A DNA stretch of 64,000 nucleotides from Ferruginibacter sp. GTDB taxonomy: Bacteria; Bacteroidota; Bacteroidia; Chitinophagales; Chitinophagaceae. The notes under the pieces were generated by a model. It saw only the letters and a list, made by a program, of their open reading frames with translations. It did not search any database and was not told where the DNA came from. Within the stretch, counting starts at the first letter, position 1; each line of letters opens with the position of its first letter. Of this stretch, positions 19,873-30,353 are shown piece after piece. A program made the translations under genes and the position numbers. Location of the stretch: the NCBI GenBank assembly GCA_965247025.1, contig OZ252000.1, positions 1,169,458-1,233,457 of the forward strand, in the 5' to 3' direction.

Positions 19873-22800
19873 CTAACCATTCTTCTTAAAATTCTCCGCC
19901 TGCTCAAATATCTCCACGTACACTTCATCCCTTTCTACAGGCGGGTAGCCAAACTCATCCAGCAGCAATATCAGCCCGACTTTTAAAGCAGATTTAATGT
20001 CTTCTCTTTTGTTCCAGTCGGGAAATTTGGCCTGGCCTTCCACCAGTTCTTTTACGGCTTTGGAGAGTTCTATTAATTTGTCTTCAGGGTATTTGAAATC
20101 GTACTTTATGCAAAGTGCCAGCAGAATATCATAAAATGCTTTTTCTTCAAAATCTATTCCCAGGGCCTCCCCTGCTGAAAACTCACGGTGCACTTCCCAG
20201 ATCAGGTTGGTGAGCTCTTCGGCCATGTCTTCATACACTTCGCTGCGGAGAATATCTGCTTCATCCCGCTGGTTGTAGCGATCTACCAGTACCTGCATCT
20301 TCCTGGAGAAGTCAATGCCTTTGATTTTATTTACCTTCTTCATTTCTCCAATCACTTTGGCTAAGAGTTGCTGGAGGAGTTTTATTTTAGTGTTGGGCAG
20401 TTTAATCTTGTCAATCTTTGCCAGGTAGTCTTCATCAAACAGATCCTGTTCTGTTTCGCCTTCATCACCCAGCTTAAATATTTCCTGTACACCATCGCTT
20501 TGCAAGGCATCCTTGATCATTTCCCGTACACGTGCATTCATTTGAGCAGTGTCTGGTGCATCACCTTTGGTGAGTTTGAAAACGATAGACCTTACAGCTA
20601 AATAAAAGTGGATGGTATCCTTTTCCGGCTGGGTGATTTGCTCACTGCCTGCACAGATATCGTAGGCTGCTTTCAGGCGCTTTACAAGACCCATGAAACG
20701 GGTTTCAATGTCTTTGGTTCGTTGTGCAAATTCAGCGGCTACATTCAGCGTATGCAGTTGCTCTAATGTGGTGCCGGTGTAATACTTGGTGCTGTTGAAC
20801 TGATGAAATAGGTTAGCAAGCAGGTCTAAATGATTGCGTACAATTATCAGCGATTGGGCAATGTCTTCAAAGTTGTCTTCATCGCCTTTGTTGTATTGGG
20901 CCAATGCCAGGTTCATTTGTTTTTTGATGCCGATGTAATCTATCACCAACCCTTTGTTCTTGCCTTCAAACTTGCGGTTTACCCTTGATATGGTTTGTAT
21001 CAGGTTATGCTGCCTGATGGGCTTGTCAATATAAATGCTGTCAAGGAAAGGCACATCAAAACCAGTGAGCCACATGTCAACTACAATGGCTATTTTAAAG
21101 TTTGACTTTTCATTTTTAAACTCCGTGTCCAGTGTTTTGCGGTAATCTGATGTGCCCAGTAATTTGTACAATGTTTCATTGTCATCCTTATCCCTGGTCA
21201 TGATCATTTTGATCCGCTCTATGGGCTTTATTTTCTTCTGTTCATCCTCCGTTAAAAGTTCATTGTCTGCTGCAACTTTTACTTCATTCCAATCAGGACG
21301 TAGCTCAATGATGTTCTTATACAATTCATAAGCAATCTCCCGGGTGCTGCACACAAACATGGCTTTGCCTTTTACGGTGGAACCTTCGGAGACTCTCTTT
21401 GTGTAGTGGTTTACAAAATCTTCAGCAACATCTTTTAAACGCTTTGGGTCTCCTATAATGGCATACATCTGCGCCATAGCTTTTTTACTGGCTTCCACCT
21501 GGTGCTCATTGCTTCCATCATCTGCACACTGTTCATAGTATTTTTCAATGTCCTGCAGTTTGCTGTTGTTCAATAATACCTTAGCCGCCCTGCCCTCATA
21601 CACAATACGAACCGTGATTTCATCCTTAACTGATTCCGTCATGGTATAAGCATCCACCACTTTTCCAAACACATCCAGTGTAGCATCAATGGGTGTACCA
21701 GTGAAGCCAACAAATGTTGCACTGGGTAATGAGTCGTGGAGGTATTTTGCAAAGCCATAGGTTTTGGTTACGCCTTTCTCTGTCACTTTCACTTTCTGGT
21801 CAAGATTTAGCTGGCTGCGGTGTGCCTCGTCAGAAATACAGATTACATTGGTTCTGTTGGTAAGCAGCTGTGTATCTTCTGTAAACTTGTGTATGGTGGT
21901 TAAGAAAACACCACCGCTCTGCCTGCCCTGAATCAGTTCTCTTAAATGTACCCTGCTCTCCACGCTTACAATGGTATTGTCCCCAATAAACTTTTTGGCA
22001 TTGGTAAATTGCCCGGCAAGCTGATCATCAAGGTCGGTACGGTCGGTAATCAATACAATGGTGGGGCTTTCAAAATACTCACTCTTCATCAGCAGCCGGG
22101 TAAGGTACAGCATGGTAAAACTTTTACCACAACCGGTGGCACCAAAATAGGTGCCCCCCTTACCGTTACCCAATGGCTTTTGCGATTGCTTAATGCTGTC
22201 ATACAGCTTTTTGGCTGCATAGTATTGCGGATAGCGGCATACAATCTTTTCGTTCTTCTTTGAGCTATCAGGGATGTAAATAAAGTTGCGGATAATATCT
22301 CTCAGCCTGTTCTGGTTAAACATGCCCTGCACCAGTGTGTACATACTGTCTATGCCATCCACGTCCTTCGCAAGACCTGCCACCCTGCGCCAGGCATAAT
22401 AAAAATCGTAGGGAGCAAAAAAAGAACCTGCTTTGTTGTTTACACCATCGCTGATCACACAAAAAGCATTGTATTTAAACAGCTCGGGAATATCTCTTTT
22501 ATACCGGGTGGTTAACTGCACATAGGCATCGTGAATGGTGCATTCTTCCCGGATGGCGCTCTTAAATTCAAAGACCACTATTGGCAGTCCATTGATGTAA
22601 ATAATACCATCAGGAATGCGCTTTTCGCTCCCGGCAATTTCAAGCTGGTTTACAAATTTGTAGATATTAGCATCAGCCGGGTACTGCTCCTGCGGATCAG
22701 ACAATGCAATAATATCCAGGTCAACGCTGGCCAGTTGTGCTTCCAGGCCGGTGTAATTGATTAACTCAATGTGAATGTCTTTTTGGTTGCGGTCTTCCCG

Positions 22801-23079
22801 CTTTAAAATAAAGCCATCACTCAACCATCGCAGAATTGTTTTGTTGGTTTCATACAGATCGCTGGCAGGCAATGTTTTTAGCTGAAGTACAATTGATTTT
22901 GCCTCGTTAACCGTAAGCTGGCTGCTTTGATACCTGGCCAATAAATAGCTGAGTAAATCTGCTTCTATTAATACTTCCTCTTCGGCTCTTGTAATGGACT
23001 CACCGAGGCAATGCGGAAAGCTTTCTTTCCCGAGTAATTCGGTAAATGCCCTTTCTAATTTTTCTTCGGTGAATTTCAT
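19873..23079 (-). CDS. hsdR: type I restriction enzyme R subunit
   Basis: 1068 aa. Helicase motifs GATGCGKSFT (I), SDEAHRSQ (II), FTGTPI (III) and QTISRVNR (VI). It is the last gene of the hsdM-hsdS-X-hsdR operon. Confidence 0.95.
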   Translation of the reverse strand: MKFTEEKLERAFTELLGKESFPHCLGESITRAEEEVLIEADLLSYLLARYQSSQLTVNEAKSIVLQLKTLPASDLYETNKTILRWLSDGFILKREDRNQKDIHIELINYTGLEAQLASVDLDIIALSDPQEQYPADANIYKFVNQLEIAGSEKRIPDGIIYINGLPIVVFEFKSAIREECTIHDAYVQLTTRYKRDIPELFKYNAFCVISDGVNNKAGSFFAPYDFYYAWRRVAGLAKDVDGIDSMYTLVQGMFNQNRLRDIIRNFIYIPDSSKKNEKIVCRYPQYYAAKKLYDSIKQSQKPLGNGKGGTYFGATGCGKSFTMLYLTRLLMKSEYFESPTIVLITDRTDLDDQLAGQFTNAKKFIGDNTIVSVESRVHLRELIQGRQSGGVFLTTIHKFTEDTQLLTNRTNVICISDEAHRSQLNLDQKVKVTEKGVTKTYGFAKYLHDSLPSATFVGFTGTPIDATLDVFGKVVDAYTMTESVKDEITVRIVYEGRAAKVLLNNSKLQDIEKYYEQCADDGSNEHQVEASKKAMAQMYAIIGDPKRLKDVAEDFVNHYTKRVSEGSTVKGKAMFVCSTREIAYELYKNIIELRPDWNEVKVAADNELLTEDEQKKIKPIERIKMIMTRDKDDNETLYKLLGTSDYRKTLDTEFKNEKSNFKIAIVVDMWLTGFDVPFLDSIYIDKPIRQHNLIQTISRVNRKFEGKNKGLVIDYIGIKKQMNLALAQYNKGDEDNFEDIAQSLIIVRNHLDLLANLFHQFNSTKYYTGTTLEQLHTLNVAAEFAQRTKDIETRFMGLVKRLKAAYDICAGSEQITQPEKDTIHFYLAVRSIVFKLTKGDAPDTAQMNARVREMIKDALQSDGVQEIFKLGDEGETEQDLFDEDYLAKIDKIKLPNTKIKLLQQLLAKVIGEMKKVNKIKGIDFSRKMQVLVDRYNQRDEADILRSEVYEDMAEELTNLIWEVHREFSAGEALGIDFEEKAFYDILLALCIKYDFKYPEDKLIELSKAVKELVEGQAKFPDWNKREDIKSALKVGLILLLDEFGYPPVERDEVYVEIFEQAENFKKNG

Positions 23080-23096
23080 AGCCTAAGTATAAATTA

Positions 23097-26000
23097 TCAT
23101 TCGCTGCAAAAGACTTTTAATTCAATATTACCAACGGTTGATAAATAATGATACACATTCCCAAGCAACAACAATATATCTTCCGAAGCTTTTGATTTTC
23201 GTAACGAGGGCTGAACTATATACATGTGAAACACCATTTGCTTTGAATACTTTGCCTGTCCCAACAAATTTTCCAGATCTTCTTCTGTTCCTTTTATCAA
23301 TCTGCTACAGGTTATGCCATTCAGCCTTTTTGTAATTCTTTTAAGTAAATGATCGAAGAATTCTTTTCCTTCTCTGTGTTTCCATTTTAGTGCTTTTTGC
23401 GCCTGCCCACAAACCTGATAAAAGTTATCAATGTCGTTTCCTAAGACGCCTTTTTTTGCATACTTAAGATGGTACAAATGAACATCAATAGTATTGGCTG
23501 AATCGTTAATTCCAATAATATCTGCAATTTCAGATTTCCCATCATCATCGTAAACAATTTGGAAATTACTTTTGATTTTTTCAATAAAGTAATACTGGAT
23601 AGAATCTTGAATATAAGGAGCAATATCCTGAGATTCTTTTTCAATATTAACTCCAATCCAATTATCCGGAATTACATTTTCTGCAGGAATTACATCCGGT
23701 TGTACTTTAAGGTTTACGTATAAATTTTGAAGAAGTTGAGAACCATCAGCAAACCAAATTATGGGAGTAAATTGCTGAAAAAAGTCTTGAAGACTTTTAG
23801 TTGTTTTTCCGTATTGAATACTACAAATTTCATCTGAGATTTGAGAAACCTTAAAAAAGGCTTCTGCTGTTGCTATATTCTGTCCAAGTTCAATTTCGAA
23901 AAGAACCGAGTTTTGGGCTGTGTCGACGGAGAAAATGATATTTCCACTTACTTCTGGATTAAATAAATTGAGTTCAGTGAAAGTAATATCAAGTGGTAAT
24001 CCATTTATTTCAATCACATAACGATCTTCTGCATGTTCATACATTTCCGGGTGCCAATCTATTAGGATGGGCATTATTGAAGGCCTTTCAGTAATTTTTT
24101 TAATTGCCAAAGTGTGCTGAAGAACTATATTCGGATCTATTGTTTCATCTTCGACCATTTCTCCTACAGACTTGCACCATTTAGTCAATTCATCTAAATT
24201 GCCCCTTTGGTAAGACCAAATCTTACCTTTCACTGAACATCCCAAAGAAATTTTTTCACCTTCTTTATACCCTACTCCGAATATGTTATTCTTGATTAAA
24301 GTTCCTTGTTCTAGAAGTTTAATTCCATCCTGAACACCTTTTCCAAAATATGATTGGAATGTGATGTCTTGTCCAATACCTTTTCTTGTACCTACGTTAT
24401 AGAGAGATAACCTATTGATGTTGTGAAATATTCTAAATACATTCATCCCGGTAATCAGGCTTGTGTTACCTTCTTGGAATATTGCATTCATTAAATCGTC
24501 AGATGAAAATCCTTTAAATGAGGTATTTAAGAAAACTCTGTTAATTCCGGGTCTTAAATCCCAATGAACTATAATAATATCCCACTGCAGATTTTGAACT
24601 GTCTCAAATTTGCCCCATTCTACTTTTTCAATTTTTCCCAAGATAATTACTAGCGTATCTGAACCATTAGTTCGACTAAAAACATGCTCATAATTATCAA
24701 TGCCTGAAACACCTTTCTCCCAATTTAAAGGATGCCATGTACTTACAATATTCTTGAATATAACGGTACTCATTGCCGGATTAATCTCAGCAAATGGCAC
24801 CTCTGATTCATCAAGATCATTGAATTTATCTAAAAAGCTCTTAATATTTATTTCCCTTTCTGTAGCGCTTGCGCTTAGTCGAGGCAGAAGTAAATTCCAA
24901 TCAGAATTTCTTGAATAAAGTTGATCTAACTCTTCACTAATTGGAGGGTAAGCTACATTAGTTATAAAACTTGCATCGCCTAATTCATTGTATGAAGTTC
25001 TTGTAAAACGTCCTATAAATTGAAGAGTGATTGGTAAACTTTGTCTTTCATCATGTACTGCAGCAATTTTTAGATTAGGCAAATCAAACCCCTCACCGAG
25101 CATATCCACACAAATTATTATTAAATGCTCTTTTCTTTTTATTGCTTCAATTTTATCTTTTAATCCAGATACGCCATTATAAACAACAACCGGTTTAAAC
25201 TCTGTGTATTTCTTATAGTACTCAAAAATTTCTAATGCCCTAATTTTAGTCATACATCTTGCCATGACTATGTGATTGAACCCTGCTGCGATATCCTTTC
25301 TAAGTTGTTCTACTGCTTTATCTGCAATCTTTTCATCACCAAGTTTTTTATTATATTCTCTAATTGGTAAGTAATTTATTTTTTTATAGTACTTCTGCTC
25401 CTGTGCTTTTTTTAAAGAAAAATTGAAAATTGTTTTGCCTTGCAGAGATTTTCCATCATTTCTAAAAGGTGTAGCTGTAAAAAGAAAGACTTTTTCTTTG
25501 TTGAATCTGCTAATCAATTCTTTCCAGGTATCCGCTTCTGAATGATGGGCTTCATCAATAAAAAAATGGGAAAACAATTCATTAAACATTGCTTTTTCAT
25601 TACTTGTTCGGCCAGTTAAAAGGGCCATTGTTGAAACAACAACATTTGACTTTTTAATAAATTCTTCTAGATCTTCAACACTTTCAAAACTGCTATTTAA
25701 TATTCCAACAATTGGATTTTCACAGCTTTCATCTACTATGCCATAATCTTTTAATAAACCGAGAGAAATAAACTTATCTGAAATTTGTGTTCGCAAAGAA
25801 TCTGAAGGAACAGAAACAAGTAATCTCTTACATTCATTTGCAATAAGAGCTGATAGCATCGTTTCTGTTTTACCAGTACCTGTCGGCATTACCACAATTG
25901 CTTTGTCATCCGGATTTTGCACATGCGCCAATATAGAATACAAAGCTCCAATTTGCGGAGGCCTTAGTCCCTTTATTCCAGCTACTACATCTTCTTTGAC

Positions 26001-26336
26001 AAACTTGAATTGTCCTTTCCAGGAAGCCGTCACTTCTTCTGGAGTACTGGCCACAAATAAGGGATGTTTTAACCATCTTTTAAACCTTATTATTCCTGAT
26101 TCAAAATCGGCCTTTTTAGGTTTTTTTGAAACCAGTAAAATATATTCATATTCTTCCCCTACAAATCCTTTATCGCTTGTTAGCAAATACTTGATCCCTT
26201 CTGACTGAATAACGAAAGGGTCAATAGTTTCAATTGAAGCATCATCTACAATAACCTCCCTACCGAAATACTGCCATATTTCATTTTCTGATTTTGAGTA
26301 AACCAAGTTGGCTAGTTTGGGAAAGGTTAATGGCAT
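23097..26336 (-). CDS. SF2 (ResIII/DEAH) helicase with ~550-aa uncharacterised C-terminal region, embedded in the type I R-M operon
   Basis: - 1079 aa with helicase motifs VVMPTGTGKTE (I), FIDEAHHSE (II), FTATPFR (III) and LQFIGRFTR (VI).
- No methylase or specificity motifs.
- The C-terminus contains SEIADIIGINDSANTIDVHLYHLKYAKKG, loosely PD-(D/E)xK-like.
- Gaps are 10 nt to hsdS and 17 nt to hsdR. Confidence 0.85.
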   Translation of the reverse strand: MPLTFPKLANLVYSKSENEIWQYFGREVIVDDASIETIDPFVIQSEGIKYLLTSDKGFVGEEYEYILLVSKKPKKADFESGIIRFKRWLKHPLFVASTPEEVTASWKGQFKFVKEDVVAGIKGLRPPQIGALYSILAHVQNPDDKAIVVMPTGTGKTETMLSALIANECKRLLVSVPSDSLRTQISDKFISLGLLKDYGIVDESCENPIVGILNSSFESVEDLEEFIKKSNVVVSTMALLTGRTSNEKAMFNELFSHFFIDEAHHSEADTWKELISRFNKEKVFLFTATPFRNDGKSLQGKTIFNFSLKKAQEQKYYKKINYLPIREYNKKLGDEKIADKAVEQLRKDIAAGFNHIVMARCMTKIRALEIFEYYKKYTEFKPVVVYNGVSGLKDKIEAIKRKEHLIIICVDMLGEGFDLPNLKIAAVHDERQSLPITLQFIGRFTRTSYNELGDASFITNVAYPPISEELDQLYSRNSDWNLLLPRLSASATEREINIKSFLDKFNDLDESEVPFAEINPAMSTVIFKNIVSTWHPLNWEKGVSGIDNYEHVFSRTNGSDTLVIILGKIEKVEWGKFETVQNLQWDIIIVHWDLRPGINRVFLNTSFKGFSSDDLMNAIFQEGNTSLITGMNVFRIFHNINRLSLYNVGTRKGIGQDITFQSYFGKGVQDGIKLLEQGTLIKNNIFGVGYKEGEKISLGCSVKGKIWSYQRGNLDELTKWCKSVGEMVEDETIDPNIVLQHTLAIKKITERPSIMPILIDWHPEMYEHAEDRYVIEINGLPLDITFTELNLFNPEVSGNIIFSVDTAQNSVLFEIELGQNIATAEAFFKVSQISDEICSIQYGKTTKSLQDFFQQFTPIIWFADGSQLLQNLYVNLKVQPDVIPAENVIPDNWIGVNIEKESQDIAPYIQDSIQYYFIEKIKSNFQIVYDDDGKSEIADIIGINDSANTIDVHLYHLKYAKKGVLGNDIDNFYQVCGQAQKALKWKHREGKEFFDHLLKRITKRLNGITCSRLIKGTEEDLENLLGQAKYSKQMVFHMYIVQPSLRKSKASEDILLLLGNVYHYLSTVGNIELKVFCSE

Positions 26337-26346
26337 TTTGTAATGT

Positions 26347-27582
26347 TTAATTTTCTATTGTTGCTAGTTTGGAAAGAAGAAGATCCCTCAACTCATAAAG
26401 CTTTTCATTTTGTTTCTTAAATTGTGAAATACTTGCATTTACTGGTTGAGCAATCTTTTGGTATACTTTTAAAATTTCATTATGCGGCTTCACAATTTGC
26501 TTTTCATTCAAAGATTGAATTGTGATTGCACTTTGACCAGATCCTATCTTAATTTCATCCAGCAGTTCCTTAAAGCTATCACTTTGCAGATATTCATATA
26601 AATAGAGATTACAACCCTCTATTTCAAATTTCCTGAACCAAACTACATTACCATCTTTAAAATAGAAAGTTTCATCTTCAACAAGATAGCTGTCGCCAAG
26701 TAATGAACCCACAGCAGTTAATAAAATGTCTCCCGGCAACGGATGACCAAATGACTTTGATATTTCAAGAAACTTAGCCTCAGATATATACAGCAAATCC
26801 TTGATAGCAACCCCTTCTTTTTTTTGTTTAACTTCACCAGCTCTATAGAATGGCACTCCTTCCTTTTTATATTCAGACTCGAAAATTCTTTTACTTGAAG
26901 TAATCTGACAAAAGGATGATATTTTTTTGACTTCCCATCCGGTTGGAATATCTCCCAATTCACTTTCAATAAATTCCCCACTACTACTTTTATAAGGCTT
27001 TCCATTGTCATCTGGAAATTCAAAATCAACAAACCATTGCTTGTAAATAGCCTGTGCGGTCTTTTCCAGTTTTTGTATTAGTCGCTGGTTAAGGGTTATG
27101 CGTTTTTGGATAATGTTGTATTCCTTTACTATCTCTTTTTGTTTGTCTGGATGTGGAATGGGTAATTGCATGTCGCATAACGCCTTCCAATGCAATCCTC
27201 CTCTTACATCAGCATCAGTATAAAACCAGGCATTACGGTCAAACTCTCTACGGGAAAACCACATCATCAAATATTCAGGATAAAGGAGTTTCTTATCAAT
27301 GATTTCAAAAACATCATAGGCAGGCGAAACCATAAATTCTTCATCAGTCTTTGACATTGAAACAGGCAATCTGTAATCTCTGCCTACATGCATTCTATTA
27401 CAAGCAAATTGATTCTTCCTTACGATCTTATAGACAGACATATCAGTACCAACTATATTGGCTACAGAAGGCATAAAGAACTTGTCAATATTAATTCCCA
27501 ATAACCTTTCAGCTTTCTGTGCAGTATTTCGAACCTTTACTTCTCTTATATAATCGCCCAAACGTTTATAATTTGATTTCAT
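26347..27582 (-). CDS. hsdS: type I restriction enzyme specificity subunit
   Basis: 411 aa with two target-recognition halves separated by conserved helices (QKLEKTAQAIYKQWFVDFEFP; ...LYELRDLLLSKL). It overlaps hsdM by 17 nt. Confidence 0.9.
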   Translation of the reverse strand: MKSNYKRLGDYIREVKVRNTAQKAERLLGINIDKFFMPSVANIVGTDMSVYKIVRKNQFACNRMHVGRDYRLPVSMSKTDEEFMVSPAYDVFEIIDKKLLYPEYLMMWFSRREFDRNAWFYTDADVRGGLHWKALCDMQLPIPHPDKQKEIVKEYNIIQKRITLNQRLIQKLEKTAQAIYKQWFVDFEFPDDNGKPYKSSSGEFIESELGDIPTGWEVKKISSFCQITSSKRIFESEYKKEGVPFYRAGEVKQKKEGVAIKDLLYISEAKFLEISKSFGHPLPGDILLTAVGSLLGDSYLVEDETFYFKDGNVVWFRKFEIEGCNLYLYEYLQSDSFKELLDEIKIGSGQSAITIQSLNEKQIVKPHNEILKVYQKIAQPVNASISQFKKQNEKLYELRDLLLSKLATIEN

Positions 27583-29125
27583 AACCCAATTCTTTAAATA
27601 CGGTTAGCAAATCATTTTTAGACTGAGCTTCAGCTTTCAGCAGGTCGGCAAATTCAATTTGCAATGCCTGCATCTTTTCATCAAAGTCAATATTCTCATC
27701 CCGGTTTACAAACTCAATGTATTTGCTTGGCACCAATGAAAAATCTTTTTTTGCTACTTCATCAAGCGAAGCTGAGTAGCAATATTCCGGTATGTCTTTA
27801 TAACTATTCTTTTCCTGTTGCCAGGTGTGGTAAGTATTGGCAATGTCTTTTATGTGGTTACTTCCAAACTGGATATACTTCTTTTCAAAAGGTTCTCCTA
27901 TCTGCCGCAAATCCATAAATAAAATTTCCTTTTCACGGTCACGGTAATGGCGTTGTTCATCGCCAATGCTCCTGCTATGTGCTTTTTTATTCTTGTTCAA
28001 TATCCAAACAGTAACACTAATATTGGTAGTGTAAAACATATCCTGTGGCAATACCAAAATGGCTTCCACCATATTGTTTTCAATCAACTTCCGGCGTATT
28101 TTATATTCCTCGCCACCGCCGCTTAATGCACCATTGGCCAAGATAAAACCAGCAATGCCATTGTCGCTTAGTTTGCTTACAATATTTAGTATCCAGGCAT
28201 AGTTGGCATTGCTTTTTGGCGGCACATCATAGCCCCGCCAGCGAGGGTCTGTTATCAGTTCTTTATCGCCCCGCCAGTCTCTTTGGTTAAAGGGTGGGTT
28301 GGCCATTATAAAATCAGCTTTCAGGTCTTTGTGCTGGTCATCGCCAAAAGTGTCGGCAGCTTTTTCACCAAGGTTGCCGCTAATGCCCCTAATGGCAAGG
28401 TTCATCTTAGCCAGCTTGTAGGTGGTGTTGGTATATTCCTGCCCGTAAATGCTAATTTCTTTTTTGTTGCCGTGGTGGTTTTCAATAAACTTAATGGATT
28501 GCACAAACATACCACCGGAGCCACAGGCAGGGTCGTAGATAATGCCTTTGTATGGCTCTATCATTTCGGCAATCAGGTTTACAATACTTTTGGGCGTGTA
28601 AAATTCGCCCTTGCCTTTTCCTTCAGCCAGTGCAAACTTGCTCAGGAAATATTCATATACCCGGCCCACAATATCATGCGCTTTGTCTTTGAGGGTATCA
28701 ATATCATTAATGGTATCCAGCAAAGAAGAGAGCTTGGTAATATCCAGCCCCAGCCGGGAAAAATAGTTGTCTGGCAAGGCACCTTTAAGGGCTTTGTTGT
28801 TCTTCTCAATATTGTGCAGGGCAGTATCAATCTTTAAGGCAATATCGTTTTGCTTTGAGTTTTTGATGATGTAACTCCAGCGGCTTATTTCATCTAAAAA
28901 AAATACATTGCTTTGGTTGTAAAACTCTGCCATTTCAATGTACTTCTCCTGCCCCTTGGCAATGAGTGTTTTGCGGTGTTCTTCAAACTTGTCACTGGCA
29001 AACTTTAAAAATATCAGTCCAAGTACCACGTGTTTGTATTCTGCCGGTTCCACACTGCCTCTCAGTTTATTCGCCGATTCCCAAAGGGTTACTTCAATAG
29101 GGTTTTCTTTTACTTGTTTAGCCAT
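27566..29125 (-). CDS. hsdM: type I restriction enzyme methylase subunit (N6-adenine)
   Basis: 519 aa with an HsdM N-terminal domain, AdoMet motif IYDPACGSGGMF and catalytic motif MANPPFNQ (NPPF). Confidence 0.95.
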   Translation of the reverse strand: MAKQVKENPIEVTLWESANKLRGSVEPAEYKHVVLGLIFLKFASDKFEEHRKTLIAKGQEKYIEMAEFYNQSNVFFLDEISRWSYIIKNSKQNDIALKIDTALHNIEKNNKALKGALPDNYFSRLGLDITKLSSLLDTINDIDTLKDKAHDIVGRVYEYFLSKFALAEGKGKGEFYTPKSIVNLIAEMIEPYKGIIYDPACGSGGMFVQSIKFIENHHGNKKEISIYGQEYTNTTYKLAKMNLAIRGISGNLGEKAADTFGDDQHKDLKADFIMANPPFNQRDWRGDKELITDPRWRGYDVPPKSNANYAWILNIVSKLSDNGIAGFILANGALSGGGEEYKIRRKLIENNMVEAILVLPQDMFYTTNISVTVWILNKNKKAHSRSIGDEQRHYRDREKEILFMDLRQIGEPFEKKYIQFGSNHIKDIANTYHTWQQEKNSYKDIPEYCYSASLDEVAKKDFSLVPSKYIEFVNRDENIDFDEKMQALQIEFADLLKAEAQSKNDLLTVFKELGYEIKL

Positions 29126-29977
29126 CCGTTGGTTGGTGTGTTTTTGTGGGTTTTAGTTGTTTGGTAATAAAGATAAATGAAGGTATCAGGTATCCTTTGT
29201 TTCAATTTGTGTTTTGTTAATTAATGTTCTAACAGGCTGCAGGAGACTGGTTAAAGCCTTGATTGTTCGGAGTATATTGGAGATAATGGAAACCAGATTA
29301 CTGATTGTGTTCAAGGTTTAGCAAGCTTGTTAGCCAGGCTTTTTACTGTAACTGTAAATATGCATCATAATAACTACAACACAATTGTTTTTTCACCCTT
29401 TATTTTGTAGTACAAACAACCACATGGCATTAGCCCTGCGGTATAAAAGCTGCATAAAAATTAACTGCCCAATGGCTGCCAGATAGATAGGAAAGCCCGT
29501 AGGGCCCCATCCGGCTTGCCCAAAGGGGAAGCCGAAGAAGCTCAGCCTATGCCGCACCTGGAATGTATAGCTGGAACCTGCATTGACAGATATGCTATAG
29601 CCCCCAGCCCAAAACCTTTGTACTAAAAAAGGCTGCAGCATACACCAGCCTTTACAATCAGCTTCCCCATTAGTCAGACGGACATTTCAGCAGCGCCACT
29701 GCTACTTCTTTGCCTTAGGGTACAGTTTGTGTGGGTCACCCATAGCGGCAGTTTATCCAGGTCAAAATAGATACGGCCACACATTATGAGGGGAATAAAA
29801 AAAGCCCTCACTTTGCCGGGTGCAAACTGGTACGGGAAATTTTGAAAATCTCAGGGAGGTATTGTATTGCCAGGAATTTGCTGTTGCAGGATTTGCGTGA
29901 AGAGCCACCTTTTAAAATACCTGTTACCGCTATCTGCAACCACTGCCGGACCAATCCAGCCACGGCTGATTCCAGAC

Positions 29978-30353
29978 GCCGCTGGTGTATTTTCAGCAGC
30001 CGCTACAGTATTTTTAGCAATCGCTGCGGTATTTTCAGCAACCGCTGGGGTATTTTCAGCAACCGCTGCGGTCCGCTATACAATCAGGGTGTAGTCCGGG
30101 GCATGGCTGCTGTTCTCCCAGCCATGGCTGCTGTATTTCCGTCGGTGGCTGTTCAATGGGGTGCCTGGCTGGCAGTACCCCAGCCACCGCTGCAAATACC
30201 CGGGTCATGGCTGAATTTACCGCAGCTACCGCTGCAACTATTTCAGCGGCTGCTGCAACTATTTTAGCGACTGCTGCATTTATTTCAGCCACCGCTGCAT
30301 TTATTTCAGCGACTTCTGCAAGTATTTTAGCCCCTGCTGCAAATTTGCAAGCC
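29978..30353. repeat. degenerate 21-bp periodic array (~18 units)
   Basis: Clean units lie at 29978-30061 (GCCGCTGGTGTATTTTCAGCA and variants) and 30228-30353 (ACCGCTGCAACTATTTCAGCG and variants). The middle keeps the GGCTG phase every 21 nt. No frame stays open on either strand. Confidence 0.75.

Noticed and set aside
29393-29641. 82-aa ORF upstream of hsdM.
   Set aside because: It has no recognisable motif, no convincing start context, and a composition typical of non-coding sequence. It is left unannotated.
29978-30353. Possible CRISPR array.
   Set aside because: The repeats are contiguous 21-bp units with no spacers, the units degenerate gradually, and there are no cas genes nearby.
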